DNA from: Nitrospirota bacterium
GTDB lineage: Bacteria > Nitrospirota > Thermodesulfovibrionia > Thermodesulfovibrionales > UBA9159
Reading direction: 5' to 3'
Assembly: GCA_963699545.1 (NCBI GenBank)
Contig: CAVOUE010000003.1
Location: 128,001-192,000 of the forward strand
Length of the DNA stretch: 64,000 bases
The notes under the pieces were generated by a model. The model ran no database searches. It was not told where the DNA came from and worked only from the letters and a program-made list of their open reading frames with translations. Both the position numbers and the translations under genes were made by a program. Positions 1 through 10,565 of the stretch are shown one piece after another. Numbering within the stretch: the stretch's first letter is position 1; each line of letters begins with the position of its first letter.

Positions 1-171
1 TCTGGATACCCTATCAGCAATCCCGGATACTCTCCAGGTGCAAGTGAAGATGCAGGTGCAGGTAAAGGTGAAGAGAAAGGTTCCGGACAAGGTGAAAGGA
101 AGAAGGGAAAAGAAGAGAAAAAGAATATCAGTCCTTCATGGGATCAAATTCAGAAAAAGGAACCATTTTAG
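1..171 (+). CDS. 3' end of an ORF of the integrative element (low-complexity G/E/K tail ending ...KKEPF), truncated by window edge
   Basis: Frame 1 open from base 1 to TAG at 169-171, followed by an AAGGAG RBS for the next gene. Confidence 0.5.
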   Translation, partial: SGYPISNPGYSPGASEDAGAGKGEEKGSGQGERKKGKEEKKNISPSWDQIQKKEPF

Positions 172-184
172 AAAGGAGCTTGAG

Positions 185-517
185 TTGAAGCAACTGACCC
201 CTTTAAAATCGATTCGTGCAAAATGCGTTGATTGTTCCGGTAACGAGTTCAAGGAAGTAAGAAACTGCCAGCATGATGGTTGCCCCCTTTATCCTCTCAG
301 GATGGGGAAGGGAAGCAGGGCAACACTTAAACAGATCAGGGCCTATTGTATCTGGTGCTGTGCAGGTCAGAGAAATGAAGTAAAACTGTGTCCTTCCGTC
401 AAGTGTCCTCTATGGGTATATCGGTTTGGGAAAAGGCTCAGGAATAGCCCTGATTTGTCAGAAATCGCAACGACAGAGGGGGTTTTGCAGACAATCGAGG
501 CCGGGGAAAGGCAATAG
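185..517 (+). CDS. Hypothetical protein with two tandem Cys-rich (CxxC...CxxxxCPL) putative Zn-binding repeats
   Basis: IRAKCVDC...EVRNCQHDGCPLYPLRMG and IRAYCIWC...EVKLCPSVKCPLWVYRFG; TTG at 185 behind AAGGAG. Confidence 0.65.
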   Translation: MKQLTPLKSIRAKCVDCSGNEFKEVRNCQHDGCPLYPLRMGKGSRATLKQIRAYCIWCCAGQRNEVKLCPSVKCPLWVYRFGKRLRNSPDLSEIATTEGVLQTIEAGERQ

Positions 518-845
518 CCATGAGAAGGCCCCTTTTATTTATTTTGCCCTGTGAATACTGCCAAAATAGACGGTTGAAGCAGGAATCTCTTTTTTGTATG
601 TTGGCCTTAACATTCTTTTATACTACCACGCCGATGCTGATAGCAAAAAAACACACTATATCAAATACTTATCGTAACTGCCATGTTGTGTTGAAAGTCA
701 ATAACATTGTCAACTTAGTCAAGTTAGAAATGCCTTTTTATTTTCGCAGCCACAGCGAGGATACAATAACAAGGTTTATTAGGCACATTCCCCCCCTGGC
801 GTATGGGATAGCGGGGGGCTTGGAGTCCCTGAGAGGGCATGACAG

Positions 846-1172
846 ATGAAGGCTGAGCTTTCATTACCTCAGGAGCTTGTCGATCAGATAGCTGACAAAG
901 TTATCGAGAAGCTGAAGCCTATGCTTTCAGGTAGTGGCAAGAGCGAGACAGACGAGACGATCTTCGATGTCAAGGGCCTCTGTGAATATCTGAAGGTCGC
1001 TAGACAGTGGATATACGAGCGAACCCACCTGAAGGAAATACCGCACCTGAAGATAGACGGGCAGTTAAGATTCAGAAAGAGGGATATAGATAAATGGGTG
1101 AACTCCTTCAGTATCCCGGCAATAACTGCTCCCCTCAGAGCATTGAGGGGTATTAGGGGCGGGGGGCGGTAA
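846..1172 (+). CDS. Excisionase-family helix-turn-helix DNA-binding protein
   Basis: IFDVKGLCEYLKVARQWIYE...IPHLKIDGQLRFRKRDIDKWV pattern; upstream of integrase. Confidence 0.8.
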   Translation: MKAELSLPQELVDQIADKVIEKLKPMLSGSGKSETDETIFDVKGLCEYLKVARQWIYERTHLKEIPHLKIDGQLRFRKRDIDKWVNSFSIPAITAPLRALRGIRGGGR

Positions 1173-1264
1173 CTCCCCTCAAAGGGTAGTGACTCGCTCC
1201 TTAAAGCCTGATAACAAAGAACAGTTTTGACGCTGTATAGTGAATTGTATACTAAAAAAACTTA

Positions 1265-1300
1265 TTGACAGAGCGGTGAAGATGTGCTAACATAGTTAGC
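1265..1300 (+). promoter_or_regulatory. Sigma70 promoter with overlapping palindromic operator
   Basis: TTGACA(1265)-17 bp-TAACAT(1288) with TG extension; GCTAAC-ata-GTTAGC at 1286-1300. Confidence 0.7.
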
Positions 1301-1531
1301 ATGAAGGAATGGACACCAGAGATGATAAGAGAACTGAGAAGAAAACGTGGGCTTTCTCAGAAGAGACTTGCAAACCTGGTAGGGGTAACAAGGAACTATA
1401 TTTACTATCTGGAAGGAGGTGAGAGGGAACCGAGCAAGACATTGATGCTGTTATTGGATTGCGTAGAGAAGCAGTTACACGAAAACGAAAAAGGAAAGGA
1501 GAAAGGAAGGCATGGCAAAAGGCATTTATAA
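1301..1531 (+). CDS. XRE-family HTH transcriptional regulator
   Basis: IRELRRKRGLSQKRLANLVGVTRNYIYYLEGGEREPS. Confidence 0.85.
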   Translation: MKEWTPEMIRELRRKRGLSQKRLANLVGVTRNYIYYLEGGEREPSKTLMLLLDCVEKQLHENEKGKEKGRHGKRHL

Positions 1532-2589
1532 GCGTGGAAAGGTTTTCTGGATACGCTATGCCGGGCTTGACGGTAGGACAGCATATGAATCATCAGGCTC
1601 AGACAAGTTCAGGGAGGCAGAGGCCCTGCTTATCCAGAGAAGACAGTCTATTCAGGAAGGCAAACAACCGGAGATTAAGAAGATCGCTAATTACACCTTT
1701 AAAGAGCTTTCAGAAAAATACCGCTCATGGATCACGGGAAGACAGGACTCCGCAAAGATCAAAGCTTACTACATCGGGCAATTGCTTGAGACCTTTGGGA
1801 GCCTTCCACTGAGAAGATTCAATACTGTTTTGGTTGAGCAATTGCAAACGGACCACATGAAGAGGGGCTTAAAGAACAGCAGTGTTAACAAGCTCCTAAA
1901 TGTCTTAAAGCATATGTTCAGTAAGGCGGTAGAATGGGAAATGGTAGAATCGGAGACCCTGAAGCGTATCAGGAAAGTGAAACTCTTGAAGACAAATAGT
2001 CGTTTAAGGTATCTCTCAAGGGAAGAGTGTCAGAGCCTTATTAATGCTTGCCAGGGCCATACAAAGGCTATCGTAATAACGGCACTTAACACTGGTATGA
2101 GGAGGGGTGAGATACTTTCCCTCAAATGGGATAATGTAGACCTGAAACATGGCTTTATCCTGCTTGATAGGACCAAGAACGGAGAGAGAAGGGAAATCCC
2201 CATAAATGACACTCTGAGGGGTGTTTTACAGGGCATTACCCGGAGGCTTGATGTTCCCTATGTCTTTCACGATATGGCCAAAGGAAAGCGATATGGGGAT
2301 GTTAAGCGGTCTTTTAGCACGGCATTGAGAAGGACAGGAATCAGGGACTTTCACTTCCACGATCTCAGGCATACCTTTGCCTCTCACCTTGTCATGGCGG
2401 GAGTGGATATTACCACGGGTCTCCAAGCTGTTAGGCCATAAGAGCCTTACTATGACCCTCAGATATACGCATTTGGCTCCTTCTCACATGGTTAAGGCAG
2501 TAGACATACTGGACAACACATTGAATGGCAAGCCTACTATACAAAAACTATACACTCCAATGAAAAAGGAGCTAACCGTAAATGGCTAA
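1512..2589 (+). CDS. int: Tyrosine recombinase/phage integrase (one frameshift at ~2417)
   Basis: TGMRRGE, TKNG, HDLRH; the shifted frame gives LLGHKS...RYTH; extra G in a GGG run. Confidence 0.92.
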
Positions 2590-2595
2590 CTCCTT
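2563..2595 (-). terminator. Rho-independent terminator downstream of tRNA-Val
   Basis: Minus strand AAGGAGTTAGCC-loop-GGTTAGCTCCTT followed by T-run. Confidence 0.65.
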
Positions 2596-2603
2596 GATTC
2601 AAA

Positions 2604-2678
2604 TGGTAGGCGATGCTGGGATTGAACCAGCGACCTCTCCCGTGTGAAGGGAGCGCTCTCCCACTGAGCTAATCGCCC
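2604..2678 (-). tRNA. tRNA-Val(CAC)
   Basis: GGGCGATTAGCTCAGTGGGAGAGCG-CTCCC-TT-CAC-AC-GGGAG...GGTTCAATCC...CCTACCA cloverleaf. Confidence 0.96.
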
Positions 2679-2785
2679 AACCGGTTTCCATTATATAACA
2701 GGATTCAGGTCAAGGTAAAGGCGCTCGGGGGCTATGGAGCGAAAGAACAGAGGGTGCAAGGGGGACATGTATCCGAGAAATGCCC

Positions 2786-4087
2786 TTAACTTCTCCCCAC
2801 GCAGAAATACTTAAACCCGAGTTTCTTCATCTTCTGCGGTTCGTAAATATTCCTTAGATCAAAGAAAAAGGGTTGCCTGAGCAGCCCCTTTATTCTTTCG
2901 AGGTCAAGGTTCCTGAACTGGTTCCATTCCGTCACGATGACGAGGGCGTCAGCGCCCTTTACCGCGTCATAGGGGTCTTTACAGAAAGCAACCCCGGGGA
3001 ACAGCGGCTTTGCGCTCGCCATAGCAACCGGGTCATAGATCCTGATCTTCGCCTTTTCCTTCAGCAGCCTTCCGACGAGATAGAGGGACGGGGCATCCCT
3101 CAGGTCATCCGTGTTCGGCTTGAAGGAGAGTCCGAGGACCGCGATACCCTTGCCCTTCACCTCACCCATGCCACGCTTTATCTTGTCGAACATTATGCTC
3201 CTCTGTCTCTCATTGGCCGAAATCGCCGCACTGACAACAGAGAGTGCAGTGTCATGTTCCTCTGCAAGCTTCAGAAGCGCCTTTGTGTCCTTGGGAAAAC
3301 AGGAGCCGCCGAAACCGGGGCCTGCATGGAGAAACTTGGAGCCTATCCTGTGGTCCAGGCCCATGCCTTTTGCCACCACGTTCACATCCGCGCCGACCTT
3401 CTCGCAGAGGTTTGCGATCTCATTGATAAAGGAAATCTTGGCGGCGAGAAAGGAGTTGGAGGCATATTTGATCAACTCCGCCGTCTCGATGCTGGTGATC
3501 ACAAAGGGGGTCTCGATGAGATAGAGGGGCTTATACAGGTCCTTCAGGATCGCTACCGCCTGCTGACTGCTTGCGCCGACCACCACCCGGTTCGGCCTCA
3601 TGAAGTCCTCGATAGCAGCGCCTTCTCTCAAGAATTCGGGGTTGGAGACGATATCGAAATTGTTCTGCTCCTTAAGGTTCTCTGCAATGATCTGCCTTAC
3701 CCTCTTCCCGGTCCCCACCGGAACCGTGCTCTTGGTGACGATCACCTTATAGCCGTTCATGTGACGGGCGATCTCCCTGGCGACATCATCGATATACTTG
3801 AGATCCGCAGAACCGTCTCCCCGCGGAGGCGTTCCCACTGCGATAAAGATGACCAGGGAATCATCAACCGCCTCTCCTATCTTCTTGGTGAACCTGAGTC
3901 TGCCCTGCTGAACGTTCCTCTTTACCAGGTCATCGAGCCCGGGTTCATAAAAGGGCACGATGCCCTTTTTCAGGGCTTTTATTTTTTTCTCATCCTTGTC
4001 GACGCAGGTGACGAATACGCCGAATTCCGCAAAGCAGGCGCCTGTCACAAGCCCTACGTATCCTGTCCCGATTATCCCTATGTGCAT
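2786..4087 (-). CDS. ugd: UDP-glucose 6-dehydrogenase
   Basis: GTGYVG, SNPEFLREG, GFGGSCFPKD motifs. Confidence 0.95.
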   Translation of the reverse strand: MHIGIIGTGYVGLVTGACFAEFGVFVTCVDKDEKKIKALKKGIVPFYEPGLDDLVKRNVQQGRLRFTKKIGEAVDDSLVIFIAVGTPPRGDGSADLKYIDDVAREIARHMNGYKVIVTKSTVPVGTGKRVRQIIAENLKEQNNFDIVSNPEFLREGAAIEDFMRPNRVVVGASSQQAVAILKDLYKPLYLIETPFVITSIETAELIKYASNSFLAAKISFINEIANLCEKVGADVNVVAKGMGLDHRIGSKFLHAGPGFGGSCFPKDTKALLKLAEEHDTALSVVSAAISANERQRSIMFDKIKRGMGEVKGKGIAVLGLSFKPNTDDLRDAPSLYLVGRLLKEKAKIRIYDPVAMASAKPLFPGVAFCKDPYDAVKGADALVIVTEWNQFRNLDLERIKGLLRQPFFFDLRNIYEPQKMKKLGFKYFCVGRS

Positions 4088-4180
4088 ACCATCTCCCGTC
4101 TTCCAGGATTTCGAACGTGCTTCAGACAGCGGTTATATTATGTCAAAAGTGACCCGTGATGTAAACCGCTCCGGGGCTTG

Positions 4181-5210
4181 TCATTCAACGTCAGCATATC
4201 CACTCAGCATTCCTTCCAGACCCTCGAAGACCGCTTCCACACTGATGTTCTCAGCCCGCTTGCCTTCGCCCTGCAGAAGGATATGCTTCACTCCCCACGG
4301 TCTCCATCTCACCGGATCCGTTGACCCCCACATCGTCACGATCCGTTTCCCCAATGCTGCGGCAATATGCATGGCTCCTCCGTCACCGCATACAACGACG
4401 TCACTCACGCTGAGAGCTGCGACGAGTTCCCTGAGGGCTCGGGTTTCGTATGCGGCAGGGTAGGGACGTACCGAACGCATGATGAATTCTGCCTTTTCAT
4501 CATCTCCCGGGTGGTAGACATTCTTCTCGCTGCCCGGTGACCATAGAAGCATGATCCCGGCTTCTCTGCGGTTGTGTATGATCTCTGCCAGCTCTATGAA
4601 TTTTTTCGCGGGCCAGCGATTTTCCGGACGCCTGCTGCTTATATGAAAGGCAATGAGAGGCTTTTCCCCATTGATACCCGCTGCCTTCAGGACATCCCCG
4701 ACCTTCCGCACTTCTTCCTCCAAAGGAAACAGTTGCATAGATGGGGGAATACCGGTGATGTCAAGAGCGGAGAGCAGATGGAACACTTTTTCAACTTCGT
4801 GAACGTGAAGGTCAGGTTCCAGGACAGGGGCATTGTATCCATGGGAGCGGCGGAAATCCCGGAGATAGCCGATACGTTCCCTCGCCCCGGTGAGGCGCGT
4901 ATATCGCGCGAGACGCGGTGAGTACGAACCGCAGCCAATGGCAATGTCATAGCGCCCCCTCCGCACCCTCATGAGCACCTTTGCGTTCTCCCACCATACG
5001 GCAATTTTGTTCCTCTCCGGAGCGTGCTTCGCCTTTTCGTAGACAAAGATCTCATTGATATCGGGGTTGTTCATGATAACATCGGCATTGTAGGTATTTA
5101 TCAGCACCCCGATCGTCGCACCAGGAAACCTTTCCCTTGCAGCATGGATTGCCGGAGTGGTACATATAAGGTCACCGATATTGTCGCGGCGGATGAAGAG
5201 GTATCTTCAT
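4181..5210 (-). CDS. Glycosyltransferase family 9 (heptosyltransferase-like), N-terminal frameshift
   Basis: N-terminus MKI/LFIRRDNIGDLICTTP from ATG 5210; DGGAMHIAAA motif. Confidence 0.85.
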
Positions 5211-5213
5211 TGC

Positions 5214-6367
5214 CTAAACAACCAGATCACTAATAACGCCCAGGATCTTTTCAGCCCGTCTCTCGTAGGTGTAGTTCCGCGCATCTTCCTTGGCGGCAAG
5301 GGCAATCTGTGAGGCGAGCCCCGGATCGTCAAGGAGCGTTCTTATGCCCTCTGCCAGTGCCACAGGGTCGCCGGGCTTAAAGAGGATCGCATTTTTGCCA
5401 TTGGCGAGGATCTCCTGAAATACCGGCATATCCGATGCCACGATGGGAATGCCATAGGCCATGTATTCAAAGAGTTTCAGCGGGGAGGAGAACTGGGATG
5501 GAACAGAAGGGACATTGGGAAGGACCGCGACCTTTGCCCGGGGAAGATAATCCCTGATCACCGTGCGCGGGACAGCACCGGCAAATTCGATCCTCCCTGC
5601 AACGCCCTCATCCCGGTGAGCTGCTTCAACTCCTCGATCCTCCCGCCTCCGCCCAGGATGAGAAGTTTTTCCCCTGTCAGGTATTTCATGGCCGAGATCA
5701 GCGTGTCCACCCCCTTCCAGGGATAGAGGCTCCCTGTATAACAAATATATGAGCCCGGGGTGCTCCTTTCTCTGTCAAGCCATTCCGCCTCGATCCCATT
5801 GTGAACCACATGGATCGATTCAGCGGGTATCCCCAGAGTGATCAGGTACGCCTTGATGGAGCGGGATATGGAGATGATGACGTTCACTCTGCGGTAAACC
5901 TTATCTTCAAGGTTCCTCACTCTCTCCCGCTTCCTTTCGCTATTGGCGTTCATGGAGAATATTTCATGCACTTCGAACGCCATACGGTTCTTGATGAATC
6001 TTCTGAACCTCAGGACGAAACCGGCAAGTTTGATGTGCCGTATGAACAGCACGGCCTCTTTATTCCTGCACAACCCCGTGAAGAGCAGGTACAGGAGAAA
6101 AAAGAAATGGAATACGCCGTGCCACGAAAATCTGAAATGCTTTTCCTGCTCCCGCCGTATTATGGGCATGCGAATTACCGTCAACCGGGGATCCTCGGAA
6201 ATACCGTAAAACCTGAGGACACTTTTCTGAGTGAAACCTTTCTTAAAACCGGCTATAAGGATGACATCCGCACCCGCCTTCGCAAAGGCATTGCATGTAT
6301 TCATGATCTGGATGAACCGTGCTCTTGGGTCCGGGAGTATCTCGGGTACCGGATAGATGATGGTCAT
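5214..6367 (-). CDS. Glycosyltransferase family 4 (frameshifted ~5610)
   Basis: YTGSLYPWKGVD and SPLKLFEYMA motifs in two overlapping ORFs. Confidence 0.85.
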
Positions 6368-7617
6368 CCTTCCCCCCTGCCTTTGCCTTCTTCTCTCACG
6401 TTCAGATAGGCGCCGGCCATGCCCAGGAGCAGACCGAGGGGGACCAGGCTCCGGTCTTCTGTCAGGCACCGTATCACATATTCCCCGAGTACCACTGCTA
6501 TGACGGCGATCCCCTCAAAGGCATGATCGCGTTCCCGGTACCTGACAAATGTTGGTATCACTCTGGAAAAAAGAATGCCGAGTAATCCGATGTAAAAAAG
6601 GAGGCCTGCGACCCCCTGCTGGTAGAGGATCTTGATGAACTGGTTGTGCGGTGTGGTGGGGGTGAACCCTTCCAACGGGTATGCTCCTCTGAGCGCTTTA
6701 TAAAAGTCCCGGTAGTGTTCGGTCATTGCCGTATCGTCAAGACCGTGGCCCGCGAACAAACGCTCCTGCGACATCATGAGGAAGGTGTTCCATGTCTCTG
6801 CCCTCAGGGACATCTGCACTTTCTGAAGTGTATGCTCTTTAATGACCCTGTATTGCCCGGGAAAGAGAAGAAAGATCGCCAGAACCGCGGCAACGATCAA
6901 AGGGGTTCCTATTTTGAGCATCGTCGAAGCAGATCGGGTCTTTCCCCTGCGGAAATAGACCCAGATACACACAATGCCAAAAAGCCCCAACCAGCTTCCC
7001 CGCACCCCTATGATGAGGATCCCCGCGAGGATTGCGAGGAGAGGGATCGTCCACAACACCTTCTTGAGTTTCGTTCCATCGAGAGCCTGAAGGAGAATGA
7101 AGGAAGAGAAATACAGGAAGACCGTAGCGTAATACCTCGTTTCTTCATACTGGATCATTCCTGTCCTGAGCAGGTCGGCGGCTATCCGGGTGTATCCTGC
7201 CACCAGATACACCACTCCTGTGAAGGCCAGCAACAGGGCGAACCTTTTCAGTATCTCGCGGTGAGCAAAGGTTGAGGAGATGACGACGTAGAGGAGGATC
7301 ATCTTGAGATATTCCTTTTTAAGGAAATGGAAGGACTGCGAAGGCGAGGAGGACAGAAGGGACGACACCACGGCCGACAGCACGAGAGCGATGAGGGCTA
7401 TGAAGAGGGGCTCCCGCCATTGCAGATCGAATTTCTTCCTCAGAATGCCCTGAAGAAGCCAGAGGAATGCAGGGAGATAGAGCCCTATCTCTCTGAGGGT
7501 GCCGAACTTTCCCGCAAACATAAGGACGACAAAGAGATACGTGCCGTATTCCATAATCAGCGGAAATACGCTCTCTGTCCAGTAGATCCTATCTCCGACC
7601 CTTGCAGTCATTGTCAT
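6364..7617 (-). CDS. O-antigen ligase family protein (WaaL-like)
   Basis: Multi-TM; RGSW, GHG and PHNQF motifs; LPS cluster context. Confidence 0.85.
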   Translation of the reverse strand: MTMTARVGDRIYWTESVFPLIMEYGTYLFVVLMFAGKFGTLREIGLYLPAFLWLLQGILRKKFDLQWREPLFIALIALVLSAVVSSLLSSSPSQSFHFLKKEYLKMILLYVVISSTFAHREILKRFALLLAFTGVVYLVAGYTRIAADLLRTGMIQYEETRYYATVFLYFSSFILLQALDGTKLKKVLWTIPLLAILAGILIIGVRGSWLGLFGIVCIWVYFRRGKTRSASTMLKIGTPLIVAAVLAIFLLFPGQYRVIKEHTLQKVQMSLRAETWNTFLMMSQERLFAGHGLDDTAMTEHYRDFYKALRGAYPLEGFTPTTPHNQFIKILYQQGVAGLLFYIGLLGILFSRVIPTFVRYRERDHAFEGIAVIAVVLGEYVIRCLTEDRSLVPLGLLLGMAGAYLNVREEGKGRGEG

Positions 7618-8759
7618 TTCAGAAGAGAATAGAATCTCTCAACATCAGAGGCTATTTTCTCCCATGAAAACCCCTCCTCTATCGTTGTCCTTGCGTTTCT
7701 TGAGAGGTTCTCCCTCAGTCCTCTGTCGGCCGTGAGCATCTTGATCTTCTCGGCTATGTCCCTTGAGGGACCCCCCCCGTTGATGAAGAGACCGTTCACC
7801 CCATCAACGATGTATTCCGTTATGCCTCCCTTTTGGGAAGCAATAACCGGCAGCCCGGTTGCCATAGCCTCAATGCCGACCATTGAGAAGGCCTCGAAAT
7901 TCGAGGGAAGAACGAGCAGGTCTCCCAGAAGATAGAGCAGGTGTATCTTTAGCGGCGGGAAGTCACCGACAAACCTTATCTTATCTCCGAGAGGCGCTGC
8001 CATCCGCATCATATCGTCTGCGTATTTTCTCCTCTCACCCTTTTCCGGTATATCTCCCACAACAAAAAACCGTACGTTATCCGTCTCCTGAAGCAGGAGG
8101 GCGCTCTGGATAAAATGCTCCAATCCTTTTTCAGGTGATATTCTGCCCACATAGAGACATATGAATTCGTCCCTTCCTATTCCAAACCTGTTCCTCACAT
8201 CTTCTCTCAAGGGCCCAACCTTCCAAAACGGCATAAAACGTGTCAGGTCTACCCCGCAGTGAAGGTGGGAGAAACTTTTCGACCTTAATGGAGTTTTGTT
8301 GTATGAATCGACGATAAACTTGCTGCATCCGACAAAAGCATCAACCTCTGTCTTGGGAATCACACTGGATTCATTGTGCATATGGAGTATGGTTTTCATG
8401 CCCTCTTTCCTGATAATCTTTGCCAGCGGATCAAGCCAGCGTGTGAATTGATGCAAGTGAACGATATCGGGGTCAACCTCGGCAATAAGCTGTCCGACCC
8501 TTTTGGGGTATGAAAGGGGGTCCAGTTTCGTCAGCTTCTGAAAAAGCCTCTTATAGAGGCGGCTGAAATGTATCCGGTAAAAGAATATCCCATCTTTGTG
8601 TTCTCTGGCAGGATAAAAAGGATCGGAGATGGATACGATGTGAGGCTCAAAACTTGTCAACCTCTTCGATACCTCATACATCCAGGTTTCCACGGCAGCC
8701 CCCCTGAGAGGGGGAACGGGGTGAAAAGGACCCGCAACCATCAACACCTTCTTAGGCAT
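7614..8759 (-). CDS. Glycosyltransferase family 4
   Basis: VGRISPEKG, EAFSMVGIEAMATGLPV. Confidence 0.9.
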   Translation of the reverse strand: MPKKVLMVAGPFHPVPPLRGAAVETWMYEVSKRLTSFEPHIVSISDPFYPAREHKDGIFFYRIHFSRLYKRLFQKLTKLDPLSYPKRVGQLIAEVDPDIVHLHQFTRWLDPLAKIIRKEGMKTILHMHNESSVIPKTEVDAFVGCSKFIVDSYNKTPLRSKSFSHLHCGVDLTRFMPFWKVGPLREDVRNRFGIGRDEFICLYVGRISPEKGLEHFIQSALLLQETDNVRFFVVGDIPEKGERRKYADDMMRMAAPLGDKIRFVGDFPPLKIHLLYLLGDLLVLPSNFEAFSMVGIEAMATGLPVIASQKGGITEYIVDGVNGLFINGGGPSRDIAEKIKMLTADRGLRENLSRNARTTIEEGFSWEKIASDVERFYSLLK

Positions 8760-9861
8760 TACCGATATACCTCCCAAACCTTTCTACTATAACATCCCAG
8801 CTGAAATTTTCTATAATCCGCCTTCTTCCCTCGGCACTCATCTTTTCCCTCAGTGCCCTGTCAGTGATAAGGGTTTCCAAGGCCCCTGAAAGGGTTATCT
8901 CATCCATGGGGGGCACCAGGAGCCCCGTACCCTCCGCCACCACTTCAGGAATTCCTCCTGCTGTGGTAGAGACCACGGGCACCCCGCATGACATGGCCTC
9001 GGCAATGGAGATGCCGAAGGTCTCGATCCCGGTACTCGGGAAGACCGCGACCTGAGCAATCGAATAATAACGCGGCAACTCCGAATTCTTTAGGCCCCCT
9101 TGAAAAAGGATCCTGTTTTCGACACCAAGGGTTCTTGCAAGATTCTCCAGTTTCTGCCTGTATTCGCCGCCCCCGATTATCACATACTTGATGCAATATC
9201 CTTCCCCTATGAGTCTTGCAACGGCCTTTATGGCGTACTGAATCCCCTTCCATCCCACAAGACGGCATGCGCTTATGATAACGGTATCGTCGCTCTCAAG
9301 CCCGAGTCTCCGGAGAACCTCCCCGGCGGGCTCCATGGGCCTGAAGAGTTCGGTGTCGACGCCATTGGGCAGGACCTCTGGCCTGATCCCACAGTACTCC
9401 TCTATCTGCGAGGCATTAAATCTGCTGCACGCGAAGAAGTGGTCCACCTTCTTCACCAGGTATCTATACCCCGGGAAGAACTCGGTTCCTCCGGAACCAA
9501 AAACAGTATGCGCGCCTGAAATCCTCGATGCGAGAAGTGCTACGGGCAGGTCATAGGGCTTATGGACATATATAATGTCATACTGCCCTTTTATGAGAGA
9601 TCCAATAGAGAATATACTGAAAGATAATCTCTCCACAAACTTTCTGAATCTCGACCCGAGGTTCGGTATCTTCGCCCGATCAAGATAGGGGAATGTGAAT
9701 ATCTTCACTCCATTATCGACAGCAGGTCTTATTTCTCCTTTCCCTCCATATACATGAACATCATGTCCTTTCTCAGCAAGGACGCCTGCCATGGCCCACA
9801 CAAAGGTTTGTATGCCGCCATAGCTGACGGTGGATGTAATCTCGTATAAAGCAATCCTCAT
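8752..9861 (-). CDS. Glycosyltransferase family 4
   Basis: RLVGWKG, ETFGISIAEAMSCGVPV. Confidence 0.9.
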   Translation of the reverse strand: MRIALYEITSTVSYGGIQTFVWAMAGVLAEKGHDVHVYGGKGEIRPAVDNGVKIFTFPYLDRAKIPNLGSRFRKFVERLSFSIFSIGSLIKGQYDIIYVHKPYDLPVALLASRISGAHTVFGSGGTEFFPGYRYLVKKVDHFFACSRFNASQIEEYCGIRPEVLPNGVDTELFRPMEPAGEVLRRLGLESDDTVIISACRLVGWKGIQYAIKAVARLIGEGYCIKYVIIGGGEYRQKLENLARTLGVENRILFQGGLKNSELPRYYSIAQVAVFPSTGIETFGISIAEAMSCGVPVVSTTAGGIPEVVAEGTGLLVPPMDEITLSGALETLITDRALREKMSAEGRRRIIENFSWDVIVERFGRYIGNA

Positions 9862-10565
9862 GGATTATCCTCGCTCTTCTTGTATACAAGCAGGTTCAGA
9901 AAACACCAGTGGGGAAAAGGGAGGAGAAGATTCAAGAGATCATAAAGCCACTGATACCTGTATGGATACTTTTGAATACGCTTATACACTACAGGCAATG
10001 TTGGAAAAAACCCTTTCTTTTTTTGTAAAAGGAAACCGTTTTTCAAAAATACGTTTAAGAATTCTATTATTGGTCTGTCCCCTGGATGCTTTTCCACAGA
10101 GGCTGTTCTTACAAGTTTGCCCTTCAATAGAAATCCTATCCGCGAAGCCAGATGAGCTAAATTTGGGATTGAAACTACTAAAGTTCCACCAGCTCTAAGT
10201 ATCCTGAATATCTCTTTAATCGCGATCTCCTGTTTTTCAATTGAGATGTGTTCTAAAACATCAAGAAAGAGGACCACGTCAAAACTTTTATCCTGGAATG
10301 GCAGGGACAAGGCGCTTCCCTTCACCACTATATCTGAAGAATAGTTTTCATCTATTCCCATAACATTGGAGAAGCCATTTCTTAACAGTTCTTCAACAAA
10401 TACACCTTCCCCGCATCCAACATCCAGGAGCGCAGCATCTTTTGGAAATCTGGAAAGAACGGTAGTGACAAAGCTTGTCTTGGAAATATACAGCGGATAA
10501 TAAGACCATTCCTTTGAAAGGCACTTATGATAATCCCCTCTGTCTTTGTATTCGCCGGACTTCAA
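9858..10565 (-). CDS. Class I SAM-dependent methyltransferase
   Basis: LLDVGCGEG, LPFQDKSFDVV, DVLEH, ILRAGG; AT-rich. Confidence 0.88.
   Translation of the reverse strand: MKSGEYKDRGDYHKCLSKEWSYYPLYISKTSFVTTVLSRFPKDAALLDVGCGEGVFVEELLRNGFSNVMGIDENYSSDIVVKGSALSLPFQDKSFDVVLFLDVLEHISIEKQEIAIKEIFRILRAGGTLVVSIPNLAHLASRIGFLLKGKLVRTASVEKHPGDRPIIEFLNVFLKNGFLLQKKKGFFPTLPVVYKRIQKYPYRYQWLYDLLNLLLPFPHWCFLNLLVYKKSEDNP

Larger units (their letters stand above)
1..2603. mobile_element. End of a prophage/satellite-like integrative element inserted at tRNA-Val(CAC)
   Basis: Excisionase-like HTH, XRE HTH and tyrosine integrase end 14 bp from the tRNA CCA end; more AT-rich than the flanking chromosome; other end lies outside the window. 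Confidence 0.85.

Noticed and set aside
38-184. N-terminal extension of ORF 38..517, and ORF 520..849
   Set aside because: The extension overlaps the frame-1 upstream ORF and the RBS points to TTG at 185; 520..849 has no recognisable features and looks like AT-rich noncoding DNA
2873-4159. 428-aa antisense ORF and many similar shadow ORFs across the window
   Set aside because: They lie opposite well-supported genes and lack motifs; expected from codon bias
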